From Candidatus Binatia bacterium (GTDB lineage Bacteria; Desulfobacterota; Binatia; Bin18): a stretch of DNA of 64,000 nt. The notes beneath the pieces were generated by a model that searched no databases, had not been told where the DNA came from, and saw only the letters and a list, made by a program, of their open reading frames with translations. This document shows positions 1 to 9,784 of the stretch, piece after piece (positions within the stretch are counted from its first letter, which is position 1; every line of letters begins with the position of its first letter). The DNA is taken from contig CAXXHG010000030.1 in assembly GCA_963666315.2 (NCBI GenBank), forward strand, positions 1-64,000. Reading direction: 5' to 3'. A program made the position numbers and the translations under genes.

Positions 1-129
1 TTCCTACCAACTTGTCTATCATGCGTTTTATTTTCGCTCCATACCCTGCCCCTCTGGTGTGGCCGTTGCGGTCCAGCCCGTGCCTCTATATCGCCTTTAA
101 TTTTGCCCCTCCCACCGTAAGCGCACCAA

Positions 130-158
130 ACCATAATGGATATCCATCCCCCTGTCAA
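130..158 (-). promoter_or_regulatory. sigma70-type promoter with palindromic spacer, for a gene running off the left edge
   Basis: Minus strand TTGACA-N17-TATGGT; perfect palindrome ATGGATATCCAT (136-147) in the spacer. Confidence 0.55.
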
Positions 159-175
159 GCCACACTTTATGCCTA

Positions 176-664
176 TCATAGGCCCTTTTTACCGACCGTG
201 TAGCCCGGCCCTGTTGGTTGTACGTTCCGATACCACTGCCCGTCTTCCAGGCGCACCCAGTCTTCGTGGATTTTCATCGAAAGCGGAAGATCTCCCATCG
301 CCGGGAGGATGAGTTGGTATTGCACGTCCACCTTTACCTGCGCCTTGTTTTCGTGTTTGTCAACCACGTCAATGCTGTACGCTTTGTATTTGAGGGTCGG
401 TGCCCGCGCGCGCACATATTGCGTCACGGTCATCTCTCCACTATGTGCATAGGTTTCGTAGGTATAGGCTGCAATGTCATCCCCCTGGATACGCGCTTCC
501 CAAAATGCTTGCACTCGTTGTTGTAGCGACTGCGCACCCAGCGTGGTCTGCTCAGACTGGCACGATCCGAGGAGTACAGACAGTATGACGAATCCACATA
601 CGGAGCCTCGCCCAGCGGACTGATAACACAAGGACACCCCCATCAACGCATGCTCTCTTCCCAC
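176..664 (-). CDS. hypothetical lipoprotein (possible NTF2-like fold)
   Basis: 162-aa ORF; hydrophobic stretch ending LLGSC (lipobox-like); C-terminal W-x4-DGQWY; start uncertain. Confidence 0.6.
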   Translation of the reverse strand: MGREHALMGVSLCYQSAGRGSVCGFVILSVLLGSCQSEQTTLGAQSLQQRVQAFWEARIQGDDIAAYTYETYAHSGEMTVTQYVRARAPTLKYKAYSIDVVDKHENKAQVKVDVQYQLILPAMGDLPLSMKIHEDWVRLEDGQWYRNVQPTGPGYTVGKKGL

Positions 665-684
665 CCTTTCAAGGATTGGGAATC

Positions 685-714
685 ATTGTAGTTTAAGGCC
701 GGACAAGGTGTCAA
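685..714 (-). promoter_or_regulatory. sigma70-type promoter of the lipoprotein gene
   Basis: Minus strand TTGACA-N18-TACAAT about 20 nt upstream of the ORF. Confidence 0.6.
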
Positions 715-863
715 GTCTAAATTCCTTATCGTGTCTCGATGGTAACGCTGACCAGAGGTGCTCCAAGCGTCGCTAGCCCAGCATACAGTTCGCTCATCGT
801 CAATGGTCGGCCGACCAGTTGGCTTGAATCATGCATCTGACTCAGAAACTCTATTTGTGACAT

Positions 864-1916
864 TCACAAGCGTGAAGAGATACTTCCAGCCAAAACGGTA
901 TCCTGAATATGGCCTTGTGGATCATATACTTTGCCATCCATACCAAGAAAGACAAGTGCCCCCGTCGTCTTATAAAAGGGGACCGATCCGGCAGGCAGCC
1001 CGGTCGGCACACGCCCATCCCAGGCCGGCAGGGCCGCATTGGCAGCCGTGTCATACCAGGCCGGCAGGCTGGTACCAGGCACGATTTTCCCCTGACTAAA
1101 ACCATACGGCGAATTCCGCAGCGCCAGCGCGGCCTGGGCCTGGCGAGCCCCGTGACTTTCGAAATAGAGCGGATACGGATCTTGCGGCGCACCGCTAGAG
1201 TCAATCGAGAGTCCTCGCACTTCACTTACAGTGAGTGGCCAGCCTGCTTGGGAGACGTTTGTTTGGACCGCAGCCATAGCATCAGCCACACTCATGCCGT
1301 TGGCATCCGCGACCGCGGACCCGAACGTGTTGTCGCGGATATAGCCGGCAGTATCCCACACCGTGCCATTCGAAGCCAACCAGCCCAGGCTACTGCTGGC
1401 GGTATAAAAAGGCACCGCGTTAGTGGGCACGCCTGGGGGCGTATTGCCATCCCAGCTTGGAATGCGGGCCGGATCGATCACGCCGGTCGGGTCATCCAGC
1501 CCGACCCAGTTGGGCACATTTGTCCCAAGCGCGACTTGGCCAGCGTGGATTCCCTGCTGAGGAATCTCCACGTCATACGCATAAATGTCCGACCACAATC
1601 CGTTTCCGTAAGGAGGCTCAGGGAGTTGACTACTCGGCGACGGGGCCGAAGTACCGTCCGGGGAAGAGACGGGGTCCGGATGGCTGGGAGGCGTTTGGTC
1701 AGCAGGTGCACCCGCGACTGCGGGTGCTGTTGGGCTGGTATTGGAAGAGCTTCCCCCTGCTCGTGCATCCTCAAGGAGCCCCTGTACGAGTGCGGTGAGC
1801 ATGTCTGCAAAGTCCTTTTGCAGTTCATCTAGAAAGGGTTGCAGCACTTTTTCTAGATCTTGACTCGGAATCGACACGCTTGGACTAGTACCAATCGGAC
1901 TGGTTTGGCTTAGCAT
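864..1916 (-). CDS. hypothetical protein with Pro/Ser-rich linker and two copies of an ~75-aa unknown domain
   Basis: GGAGG RBS before ATG at 1916; repeats PSWDGNTPPGVPTNAVPFY...GTVWD and PAWDGRVPTGLPAGSVPFY...GKVYD. Confidence 0.75.
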   Translation of the reverse strand: MLSQTSPIGTSPSVSIPSQDLEKVLQPFLDELQKDFADMLTALVQGLLEDARAGGSSSNTSPTAPAVAGAPADQTPPSHPDPVSSPDGTSAPSPSSQLPEPPYGNGLWSDIYAYDVEIPQQGIHAGQVALGTNVPNWVGLDDPTGVIDPARIPSWDGNTPPGVPTNAVPFYTASSSLGWLASNGTVWDTAGYIRDNTFGSAVADANGMSVADAMAAVQTNVSQAGWPLTVSEVRGLSIDSSGAPQDPYPLYFESHGARQAQAALALRNSPYGFSQGKIVPGTSLPAWYDTAANAALPAWDGRVPTGLPAGSVPFYKTTGALVFLGMDGKVYDPQGHIQDTVLAGSISSRL

Positions 1917-1957
1917 AATACCTCCCGCGGCCAGGGCTCTGGCCTGCTCCGGTAAAA

Positions 1958-1973
1958 AGCAAAAGCAGTGCCA
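1958..1973 (-). promoter_or_regulatory. sigma54 (-24/-12) promoter
   Basis: Minus strand TGGCAC-TGCTT-TTGCT, exact match to TGGCAC-N5-TTGCW, about 40 nt upstream of ATG 1916. Confidence 0.75.
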
Positions 1974-2374
1974 GAGAAACGGGCAGTATAGCGGAGTAAA
2001 GAGGCTGGCTTCTGGCTCGGCCCATGCAGGCAATGTATGCAGTGGAAAATTTTGCCGGGCATAAGCTGCCGTATTGGCTCCAGATTAGCCTCACCACCCA
2101 AACATGAAGGAATCTGTAGTGAGCAAACCGCTCTTTGAGGAGAATGCGCGCTTCCCGAGCAATCTAATGAACGCGCTGTCTTCCAGGCACGCGCGGACAT
2201 AAGCAAGACCTGGGTTATTGTCAATTCCTTAGGGAAGGGCAATGCCGGGGGGGGGGACCTCCAGGATTTAGGAGGGCGAGGCAGCGCTACAACCACATAT
2301 CTCCGAAAATAGTGTGAAACAAAAAAGACTATCAGCCATATAGAGACTTTCTGGACTAATCTACAAGCACCCTT

Positions 2375-3827
2375 CTACTCTTTCCCAATCCGGGCCATTT
2401 TGCTCGCGTACTCACGCACCCGCTGCCAGTCGTATTCACGATACAGCTGCATCTTTTCGGCTTCCATGGAGCCTTCAGCGTGCAAGGCAAGCACGGCATT
2501 GTAGCCACCAAAGTCAGAAGTCGTAATGTCCTGAATCAGATTAATGACCTGGAGCCGCTCCTTGCCCGAGGTACCCTTCTTGCCCTTCATATATTTCTCA
2601 ATCAGTGGCCCGGTTTCTTCGCTGCGGAGATCTTCAACTGCGGGTGCAGTCACCAGAATACCACCGGCCAGGTCCTGGACGTGGGAGAGGGCTTGATGAA
2701 AACCGGCGGCAAAATGGTGCTTGGCAATATTCACCGTGGGTGGGTTGGGGATGACCATACCGCGGTCGGTGGAGCGGGCTTTTATGCACGCCATATGGGT
2801 CAGTGCGCGAGTGGTCTCGGCATAGCTGGCCAGCCAGAATAGCTTTTCCTTTACGTGCGCGGCCTTCTCGATGCCGTTGTATTCGGCCATGAGCCGCGCC
2901 GCGCCAGCCAAAAGATCGAGGAATGGCAGTTTATACGAAATCGCAGTCAGGCGATGATACTCAACGAACGACAAGTGCCATCGGACCGGCAAACGGCCAT
3001 TCGCCCTTCAAGAAAATGCGTTCGTTGGGAACAAACACATCATCAAAAATGGTCAGCGTTTCCGTCATTTTGACGGCTGAGCTGACCGGATGATCAAAGC
3101 TATTGCGTTGGGTGTATGACCCGTAGCCACTCATTAAGAGCTTGAGACCTGTGGTGTCGAGCGGAATAGCAAATGAGACCGCGTAGTCTTTGTCCTCTGC
3201 ACCCATGGCGCGAGTCGGCAGTACGATCATCTCGTTGACGTGTGTGGTGTTCGAGGTATGCATCTTGGCTCCACGCACGACAATGCCGTCGGATCGTTCT
3301 TCGACAATGCGCAGATAGAGATCCGGATCTTCTTGTTCCGAAGGGCGCAGCGCCCGGTCACCTTTGGTATCGGTCTGAGCCAGGGCAAAGCTGACGTCGT
3401 CTTTACAGCAATAGTCGTAAAAGGCTTTGACTCGTTGATAATAGGACGTCCCACACGCCGCATCTACTTTTTGAGAAGTCCGCAGCAGGCCAAACAGCGC
3501 ATCACTGCCCACCACTTTAGCCAGAACGACGAGCGCCCCGCCTTCCCGACAGGCTGTTTCAATCAACTCACTCCGTTTGAGCAATTGTTCGGCATTCTGA
3601 GGCGGCAAGAAATAGCGGCTCATTTCCTCGCCCGTGTCAGAATTTTGTACTACAGCGAGATCCCGAAATTCCGGGTCGTGCATAAGGCGATAGTCGGTGG
3701 CTTCGTGATCAATGGCGGTCTGGATGAGTGGATGCTGGGTGACATCAGTAAGACGCTGGCCACGAAAATACACCAGTCGGTCATCTTTCAGGCTTTCTTT
3801 GTATTGCTCGACCGTACGTAGCGGCAT
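2375..3827 (-). CDS. 4-hydroxyphenylacetate 3-hydroxylase (HpaB)/4-hydroxybutyryl-CoA dehydratase family flavoprotein; frameshift near 2970
   Basis: ORFs 2961-3827 and 2375-2992 are consecutive halves; motifs AQTDTKGDR, GIVVRGAKMHTS, FDDVFVPNERIF, QDLAGG, HAEGS. Confidence 0.85.
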
Positions 3828-3875
3828 AGAATAATCCTCTCTCTCAACACGTTACGCTCACTTCTCATAATCGTC

Positions 3876-4247
3876 ATGCATCCAAAGCTCAAGGACGCTA
3901 TTCGGCTTTTTAATCGCCGAGAATACTTTAACTGCCACCAAGTGCTTGAAGAGATCTGGCACGAAGCAGCCGGCGAGGACAAAGTCTTCTACGAAGCCTT
4001 GATTCGTTTAGCGACCGGCCTGCATCTGCGCTTCAACCGTGGCGGCTCACAAGGCGCGATTAACCTGTTGACCCAATCCCTCATGCGGCTAGAAGACTTT
4101 CGTCCGACATCGCACGGCATTGATGTCGCCCGTCTGTATCAGGAGATTGACACCCACGTCGCGGACCTCAAAGCAGACGAAAAATCCAAGGCCGGCTTCT
4201 TCGAGCGCTGGAAAGTACCCCGCATTTACTTTGCCGATGAGTCTTAG
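3876..4247 (+). CDS. DUF309 family protein
   Basis: LFNRREYFNCHQVLEEIW signature. Confidence 0.85.
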   Translation: MHPKLKDAIRLFNRREYFNCHQVLEEIWHEAAGEDKVFYEALIRLATGLHLRFNRGGSQGAINLLTQSLMRLEDFRPTSHGIDVARLYQEIDTHVADLKADEKSKAGFFERWKVPRIYFADES

Positions 4248-4783
4248 CGCTGCAGCTGATCAAGCGTATACGTCCCAGCCGTGGGCTCTAACTCGCCTTC
4301 GAACGACTCCATAATCCGCGCCACCATGCCTTAGATACCGATCGCCAGCGCAAGCTCGACCATTTGGCGTGGGCCCAAATCTTTCTCTAAGGCTTGAAAA
4401 GTTTCTTGTGATGCTTTGACATTTTGTGTCACTTCATCGGTAAAGCGTAAGACTCGCTTTTCCAAGTCGTTAAAGGCTGCGGCTCCTTGGGGGATCGCTT
4501 CGACCTGTTCGTCCGTGACTCCCGTCTCTTTGGCAATTGGGACGTGCTGGGTCCATTCATAATTGGCCCCAGTTAGATGCGCTACTCGCAAAATAGCCAG
4601 CTCACGCAGGTGGGCATCCAGCTCTTGCTTGGTCGGAATGGATAGACCAAAAGACAGCAGCGGTAAGGCATTATTCGGCGCATTCAGGAACATGCGCATA
4701 ATATTGAGTGGCGGTAATTTTTCTGCTGCCGTGCGGACTTTTTCTGGGAGGTCTTCAATATTTGGGTAGGGTATACGAGCCAT
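4244..4783 (-). CDS. carboxymuconolactone decarboxylase/AhpD-like family protein; in-frame TAA at 4331-4333
   Basis: MARIPY start; RELAILRVAHLTGANYEWTQH motif; frame continues GMVARIMESFEGELEP after the stop. Confidence 0.8.
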
Positions 4784-4918
4784 GGGCTCTCCTTTAGGTA
4801 GGCATAAAATAGGCACCGACCCTAACGTGCAGAGACGCCAGAAGTCAATGCGCGCACCCCTTTCCTGGGTTGTCGATCTAATCCTTATGAGTCCTCGCCC
4901 AGTCCTTCTTTTTCCAAG

Positions 4919-4948
4919 TTGACCATGCTCATATGACTATAGTAGGCT
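4919..4948 (+). promoter_or_regulatory. promoter/operator of TA operon
   Basis: TTGACC-N18-TAGGCT with palindrome TCATATGA in the spacer. Confidence 0.4.
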
Positions 4949-4976
4949 AAGAGTCGAAAGACGAGGGGGGGTCCGT

Positions 4977-5204
4977 ATGGATAAAAATATCTCTGCGAGT
5001 CAGTTCAAAATTCACTGTTTAGCTATACTCGACGAAATCGCAAAGTCTGGCGTACCTCTGATTGTTACCAAACGTGGAAAACCCGTCGCCAAACTCGTCC
5101 CGATTGATGCTTCCGGACCACCCGACCTTCTTGGCAGTGTCCACTACAAACGAGAAGCCGATCTTCTTGCCCCGGTTGATGAATCTTGGGAAGCCGACCA
5201 GTGA
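4977..5204 (+). CDS. Phd/YefM family antitoxin
   Basis: ISASQFKIHCLAILDE...IVTKRGKPVAKLVP. Confidence 0.9.
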   Translation: MDKNISASQFKIHCLAILDEIAKSGVPLIVTKRGKPVAKLVPIDASGPPDLLGSVHYKREADLLAPVDESWEADQ

Positions 5205-5590
5205 TTATCCTCGATACTCACACCTGGATTTGGTTAGTCAGCGACCCATCAAAGCTATCACAAAAGGCCCATGCTGCTATTCATTATGCACAAACAATTG
5301 GAGTCTGCCCAATCAGCTGTTGGGAAATCGCAACGAAGGTTGCCCAAGGAAAGCTTATACTCGACCGAGAAGTCCAGGTATGGGTTCAGCAAGCCGTTGC
5401 CCGACCGCATGTCACTCTAACAGCGATATCGGCAGAGATTGCCATCACCGCCGGCCAACTTGGACAACAAGGGCTTCATGGAGATCCGGCTGATCGGCTT
5501 ATTACTGCAACCGCGATGGAGCATGGAGCCGAATTGGTGACAAAGGACAAAAACTTGCGCGACTTCGCCCTGGTCCGAACGGTCTGGTAA
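5201..5590 (+). CDS. vapC: VapC/PIN-domain toxin
   Basis: ILDTHTWIW, SCWEI, HGDPADRLI, LVTKD; GTGA overlap with the antitoxin stop. Confidence 0.9.
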   Translation: MIILDTHTWIWLVSDPSKLSQKAHAAIHYAQTIGVCPISCWEIATKVAQGKLILDREVQVWVQQAVARPHVTLTAISAEIAITAGQLGQQGLHGDPADRLITATAMEHGAELVTKDKNLRDFALVRTVW

Positions 5591-5684
5591 GGCGCATTTG
5601 TGTCTGTAGACAGGCTTCTCCTCTGGTTCCCCACCGTTCCAATCTCGGTTACACTCCCACCTCCCGTAAGGAGTGGAAGCAGCG

Positions 5685-6758
5685 ATGAGTATCCAGATCC
5701 CCATAACCCACATTGAGAAATCAAAACCAAAAGCGCGCGACCAAGAACTCGGCTTTGGCCAAGTTTTCACCGACCATATGTTCCTCATGGACGGCGTGGC
5801 AGACACAGGCTGGTCCAATCCGCGCATCGTGCCGTATGGGCCTCTCTCACTGGAGCCGGCGACGGTGGCTTTACACTATGCCCAGACTATTTTTGAGGGG
5901 CTCAAAGCCTATCGCTCGCCTGAAGACAAAATTCTTCTCTTCCGTCCCGATCAGAACATTGCACGCTTCAACCGGTCAGCCGCTCGGCTGTGTGTGCCAC
6001 CAATTGACGCAGAACTCTTTCTTTCAGCGCTCAAACAACTCGTGGCATTGGACCACGACTGGGTGCCCCGGGCGCCAGGAACCTCGCTCTATATCCGGCC
6101 GGTTGCCTTTGCCCGCGACCCTGACCTGCGCGTGCGGCCTTCCTCTACATACCAATTCTTCATCATCCTCTCACCCGTTGGCGCCTATTATGCACAGGGC
6201 TTTAAGCCACTCCGTATTCGTGTTGAGGACCACTATATCCGCTCCGTGCGGGGGGGAACTGGAGCAGCGAAGACAGCAGGCAACTATGCCGGCAGTCTGC
6301 TCGCCGGCGAAGACGCGCATCAAGAAGGTTTTGCCCAAGTCCTGTGGCTGGATGGCGTGGAGCAAAAATACATTGAGGAAGTCGGCTCAATGAATATCGC
6401 TTTTGTGATTGACGATGAGCTGGTGACTCCGCCAATTACCGGCACCATCCTCGAAGGAGTCACACGCGCCTCCATGCTCCAGCTTGCCAAAGACTTTGGG
6501 ATGAAGGTGGCTGAACGGCCGATTACGATCACTGAAGTGTTTAGCGCTGCACGTAATGGACAACTCCGCGAGGCATTTGGTGCAGGAACGGCTGCGGTCA
6601 TTTCACCTGTGGGCGAGCTGTCGTATCAAGGCGAAAATATTATTATCAATGACGGCAAAGTCGGCCCGCTGGCGCAACGTCTCTTCGATGAATTGTCAAC
6701 TATTCAGCGAGGTATCAAACCGGATCACCACGGCTGGATGGTGGAAGTCGATTCGTAG
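5685..6758 (+). CDS. ilvE: branched-chain amino acid aminotransferase
   Basis: LHYAQTIFEGLKAY, LYIRP, AKTAGNY, EEVGSMN, ILEGVTR, GTAAVISPVG. Confidence 0.95.
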   Translation: MSIQIPITHIEKSKPKARDQELGFGQVFTDHMFLMDGVADTGWSNPRIVPYGPLSLEPATVALHYAQTIFEGLKAYRSPEDKILLFRPDQNIARFNRSAARLCVPPIDAELFLSALKQLVALDHDWVPRAPGTSLYIRPVAFARDPDLRVRPSSTYQFFIILSPVGAYYAQGFKPLRIRVEDHYIRSVRGGTGAAKTAGNYAGSLLAGEDAHQEGFAQVLWLDGVEQKYIEEVGSMNIAFVIDDELVTPPITGTILEGVTRASMLQLAKDFGMKVAERPITITEVFSAARNGQLREAFGAGTAAVISPVGELSYQGENIIINDGKVGPLAQRLFDELSTIQRGIKPDHHGWMVEVDS

Positions 6759-6957
6759 CTGGCCCAGGTCATCCCAGAATATCAGCCTGCAACTCAACAG
6801 ACCGGTATCTATTCCATTTTGCCTATTTTGCCCATTTTGTAAAACTTACAAAACTTGCGGACTTTGTGGGCTTTGTGGATCGATAGTCAGTCGCCAACCT
6901 TGCGGCTCTTAGCGGAATTTGTTTAATTCGCTCATATTCTACACACAGGAGGACAGC

Positions 6958-7263
6958 ATGGCCGATTTTGTCAAAGTGGCCTCGAGCAGCGACATCCCGG
7001 CAGGCGAAGGCCGATGTTTCGAGGTAAATGACCAACAGGTGGCGATTTTTAACGTCGATGGCACCTTCTACGCGTTAGAGAACGTCTGCCCGCACCAGGG
7101 TGGCCCATTAGGGGAAGGCGAATTGGACGGGACAACGGTCACGTGCCCGTGGCATGCCTGGGATTTTGATGTGACAACGGGCGAAAACAGCGAAGACCCC
7201 GACGAAAAGCAAGAAACCTATGAAGTCAAGATTGACGGAGATGATGTACTGGTAGCTGTATAA
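6958..7263 (+). CDS. Rieske [2Fe-2S] ferredoxin
   Basis: CPHQGG and CPWH motifs; AGGAGG RBS. Confidence 0.92.
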   Translation: MADFVKVASSSDIPAGEGRCFEVNDQQVAIFNVDGTFYALENVCPHQGGPLGEGELDGTTVTCPWHAWDFDVTTGENSEDPDEKQETYEVKIDGDDVLVAV

Positions 7264-7283
7264 GTCGCAGATCATTACAAATT

Positions 7284-8360
7284 ATGGCGCTTTTTAAACG
7301 CATGTTAGCAGAAGACCACGAACAGGTGGTCTTCTGCACGGATCGCACTGCCGGCCTGACGGCCATTATTGCCATCCACGACACCACCCTGGGTCCGTCA
7401 TTGGGTGGCATCCGTATGCGCACCTATGCCAGCGAAGAGGACGCAGTCACGGACGCACTTCGCCTTGCTCAGGCTATGACGTATAAAGCGTCCTTGGCGG
7501 GCTTGGAGTACGGCGGCGGGAAAGCCGTGGTGATTGCCAATGAGACAGCCACCAGTAGAGAGATTTTGTTCCGGGCGCTGGGCCGCGCAATAGAATCTCT
7601 AGCCGGCCGCTATATTCCTACCGAAGACATGGGCACGACCATAGCCGATATTGAATACGTGCTTGCAGAGAGTCATTTCGGCGTGGGGCGGGCGGAAGTG
7701 TTTGGCGGTGGGGACGATCCATCACCCATGACAGCGTGGGGGATTTTTTGCGGCCTGCGGGCATGTCTTGAAGAAACAGACGGTACAACCGAATTTCAAG
7801 GACTGAGCGTCGCATTGCCAGGTCTGGGGAAAGTCGGCTATGCCCTGGCGAAATATCTGCATGAAGCCGGAGCACGATTGCTCGTCGCGGATGTGGATGC
7901 AACCCGGACGCAAAAGGCCGAAGCCGAGTTGAATGCGCAGATCGTTGATCCACACCAGATTCTCACCCAGCAGTGCGACATTCTCGCGCCGTGTGCGGCT
8001 GGTGGCATTTTCAATCAAGACACCATCCCACAGCTCAAGTGCCGCATTATTGGTGGTGGGGCGAATAACCAGTTATTGACTGACGCTGACGGAGACGCAC
8101 TCCTGGCGCGGGGTATTCTGTACGCTCCCGACTTTGCCATCAATGCGGGCGGGCTGATCAATGTGGCCGATGAATTGGGGCCAGGTGGCTATCGTCGCGA
8201 GAGAGCAAAAGCCAAGGCCGAGCAAATATACACGACTCTCAAAACTCTTTTCGCACAGGCCAAGCAGCGAGACATCCCTCCCCACCGCTTGGCTGTCACT
8301 CTTGCCCAAGAGCGCATCCAGGCCGTACGGCAGTTGCGTGGCCTCAATACGGCTTCGTGA
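7284..8360 (+). CDS. Glu/Leu/Phe/Val dehydrogenase (leucine dehydrogenase-like)
   Basis: IAIHDTTLGPSLGGIR, GGGKAV, GLGKVG, GGANNQL, APDFAINAGGLI. Confidence 0.92.
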   Translation: MALFKRMLAEDHEQVVFCTDRTAGLTAIIAIHDTTLGPSLGGIRMRTYASEEDAVTDALRLAQAMTYKASLAGLEYGGGKAVVIANETATSREILFRALGRAIESLAGRYIPTEDMGTTIADIEYVLAESHFGVGRAEVFGGGDDPSPMTAWGIFCGLRACLEETDGTTEFQGLSVALPGLGKVGYALAKYLHEAGARLLVADVDATRTQKAEAELNAQIVDPHQILTQQCDILAPCAAGGIFNQDTIPQLKCRIIGGGANNQLLTDADGDALLARGILYAPDFAINAGGLINVADELGPGGYRRERAKAKAEQIYTTLKTLFAQAKQRDIPPHRLAVTLAQERIQAVRQLRGLNTAS

Positions 8361-8414
8361 TGGTGTCGTTCTCTGACCTTCCTTCCTCAAGGGCTCTTTG
8401 CTAGCCTGCACAGT

Positions 8415-9503
8415 ATGAAAAGTGCACTGTCCGCATGGCTAGAAAGCCAGGGTACCCCCCTGACTGATGATCGCGGTGTTGAACTGCCTAGCACCTTTAC
8501 GAATGCCCAAGACGAGTACACGGCTGTGTGCGAAAAGGCGGGGCTGATTGATCTGTCCTTTCGCATTCAGGTGAAACTCACAGGTGCAGATCGGGCAGAC
8601 TTTCTCCAGGGCATGCTGTCGAATGATATCAAAGCCTTACGGCCCGGTGACGGCTGCCCGGCAACACTGCTCACAGAACAGGGCCGCATTGTCGCCGACT
8701 TGCGCGTGTATACACGTGAGTCAGCCATTCTTCTCGACATGGATGCCCGCATCACAGACAAGACTATCGAGGCGCTGGATCGCTTTCTTATCGCCGACGA
8801 CGTGGAGATCGAAGACCTGAGTGCGCAGCAGGTAACAGTTGCTGTGCAGGGTCCCGCTGCAGCAGATGCCCTGTCAGCAGCTGGGCTCTCCTCTTTGCCG
8901 GAAAAAGATTTGCAGCATCAGGAGGCCACTCTGGCCGAGGCCTCCATTCGGATTATCCGTTCCGACCAGACAGGCAAAGGAGGATATGAGCTCCATATTC
9001 CAAACGATCAAGCAGCGCACGTCTGGCAGGCTCTGTCTCAAATCGACGGGATTCTTCCGACTGGCCAGAGAGCACTGAATATACTGCGGGTTGAGGCAGG
9101 CATTCCGTGGTATGGGTTGGATATGGACGAAAACAGGATTGTACTGGAAGTCGGTCTGGACCAAGCCATTAGTCTCAATAAAGGCTGCTATCTGGGACAA
9201 GAAGTCGTAGAGCGGGTGTCGGCTCGCGGGCACATGAATCGTCGGCTGTGTGGATTGCTGTTACAAAATACTAGCCAAGATGGGGCCTTGCCCACGGCAT
9301 TGCCTACCAAGGGTGGTAAGCTCTTCCATGATGCAAAAGAAGTCGGCTGGATTACGAGTGTCGTGACATCGCCGAGGATGGGCCGGCCCATTGCTTTGGG
9401 CTATGTCCGGCATGAATATATAGAGCCGGGCACCCAGCTCAAGATTGACAGACCAGGGACAGGCATGATAGCGGAAGTGACCAAGTTACCGTTTCTACAG
9501 TAA
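8415..9503 (+). CDS. GcvT/YgfZ folate-binding aminomethyltransferase-family protein
   Basis: LRVEAGIP and KGCYLGQE motifs. Confidence 0.9.
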   Translation: MKSALSAWLESQGTPLTDDRGVELPSTFTNAQDEYTAVCEKAGLIDLSFRIQVKLTGADRADFLQGMLSNDIKALRPGDGCPATLLTEQGRIVADLRVYTRESAILLDMDARITDKTIEALDRFLIADDVEIEDLSAQQVTVAVQGPAAADALSAAGLSSLPEKDLQHQEATLAEASIRIIRSDQTGKGGYELHIPNDQAAHVWQALSQIDGILPTGQRALNILRVEAGIPWYGLDMDENRIVLEVGLDQAISLNKGCYLGQEVVERVSARGHMNRRLCGLLLQNTSQDGALPTALPTKGGKLFHDAKEVGWITSVVTSPRMGRPIALGYVRHEYIEPGTQLKIDRPGTGMIAEVTKLPFLQ

Positions 9504-9540
9504 ATATTGCTCGTACGAGTAGATGTAACAGGAGGGATAG

Positions 9541-9681
9541 ATGGCACAACTCGGCAAACGATACATGTGTGAAGAGTGCGGGACTGAGGTCCTGTGCAAC
9601 AAACCCGGCGACGGCGCGTTGAGCTGCTGCGACAAAGACATGCCGCTCAAGGAAGCCAAGCCGCTCCCGTCGTCTGACTAA
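9541..9681 (+). CDS. 46-aa desulforedoxin-like Cys4 mini-protein with C-terminal KPLPSSD (not in ORF track)
   Basis: Manual translation MAQLGKRYMCEECGTEVLCNKPGDGALSCCDKDMPLKEAKPLPSSD; AGGAGG RBS; CxxC-x15-CC. Confidence 0.88.
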   Translation: MAQLGKRYMCEECGTEVLCNKPGDGALSCCDKDMPLKEAKPLPSSD

Positions 9682-9711
9682 TACAGCTCTTAGCAACGAG
9701 CATTCATGCTA

Positions 9712-9744
9712 AGAGGAGCGAGGGAAACCTCGCTCCTTCTTTTT
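9712..9744 (+). terminator. Rho-independent terminator
   Basis: AGGAGCGAGG-GAAA-CCTCGCTCCT followed by T tract. Confidence 0.8.
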
Positions 9745-9784
9745 GTGCACTGGACTTCATTGCTATTACACTCAGGCGAGATTC

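Noticed and set aside
909-1832. 307-aa plus-strand ORF
   Set aside because: Antisense shadow of the 864-1916 gene; Arg-rich with no motif or RBS
6812-6880. Short repeats downstream of ilvE as a CRISPR or iteron array
   Set aside because: Units are 8-10 nt, heterogeneous, without spacers; no cas or rep genes
9541-9681. Cys-rich mini-proteins as RiPP precursors
   Set aside because: Cys spacing matches the desulforedoxin metal site; no radical SAM, YcaO or lanthionine enzyme is adjacent, and the only radical SAM (PqqE) has its own PqqA
9439-9696. Minus-strand ORF here and similar ones at 14453-14783
   Set aside because: Antisense shadows of the plus-strand Cys4 mini-genes, which have RBS, terminators and a shared motif
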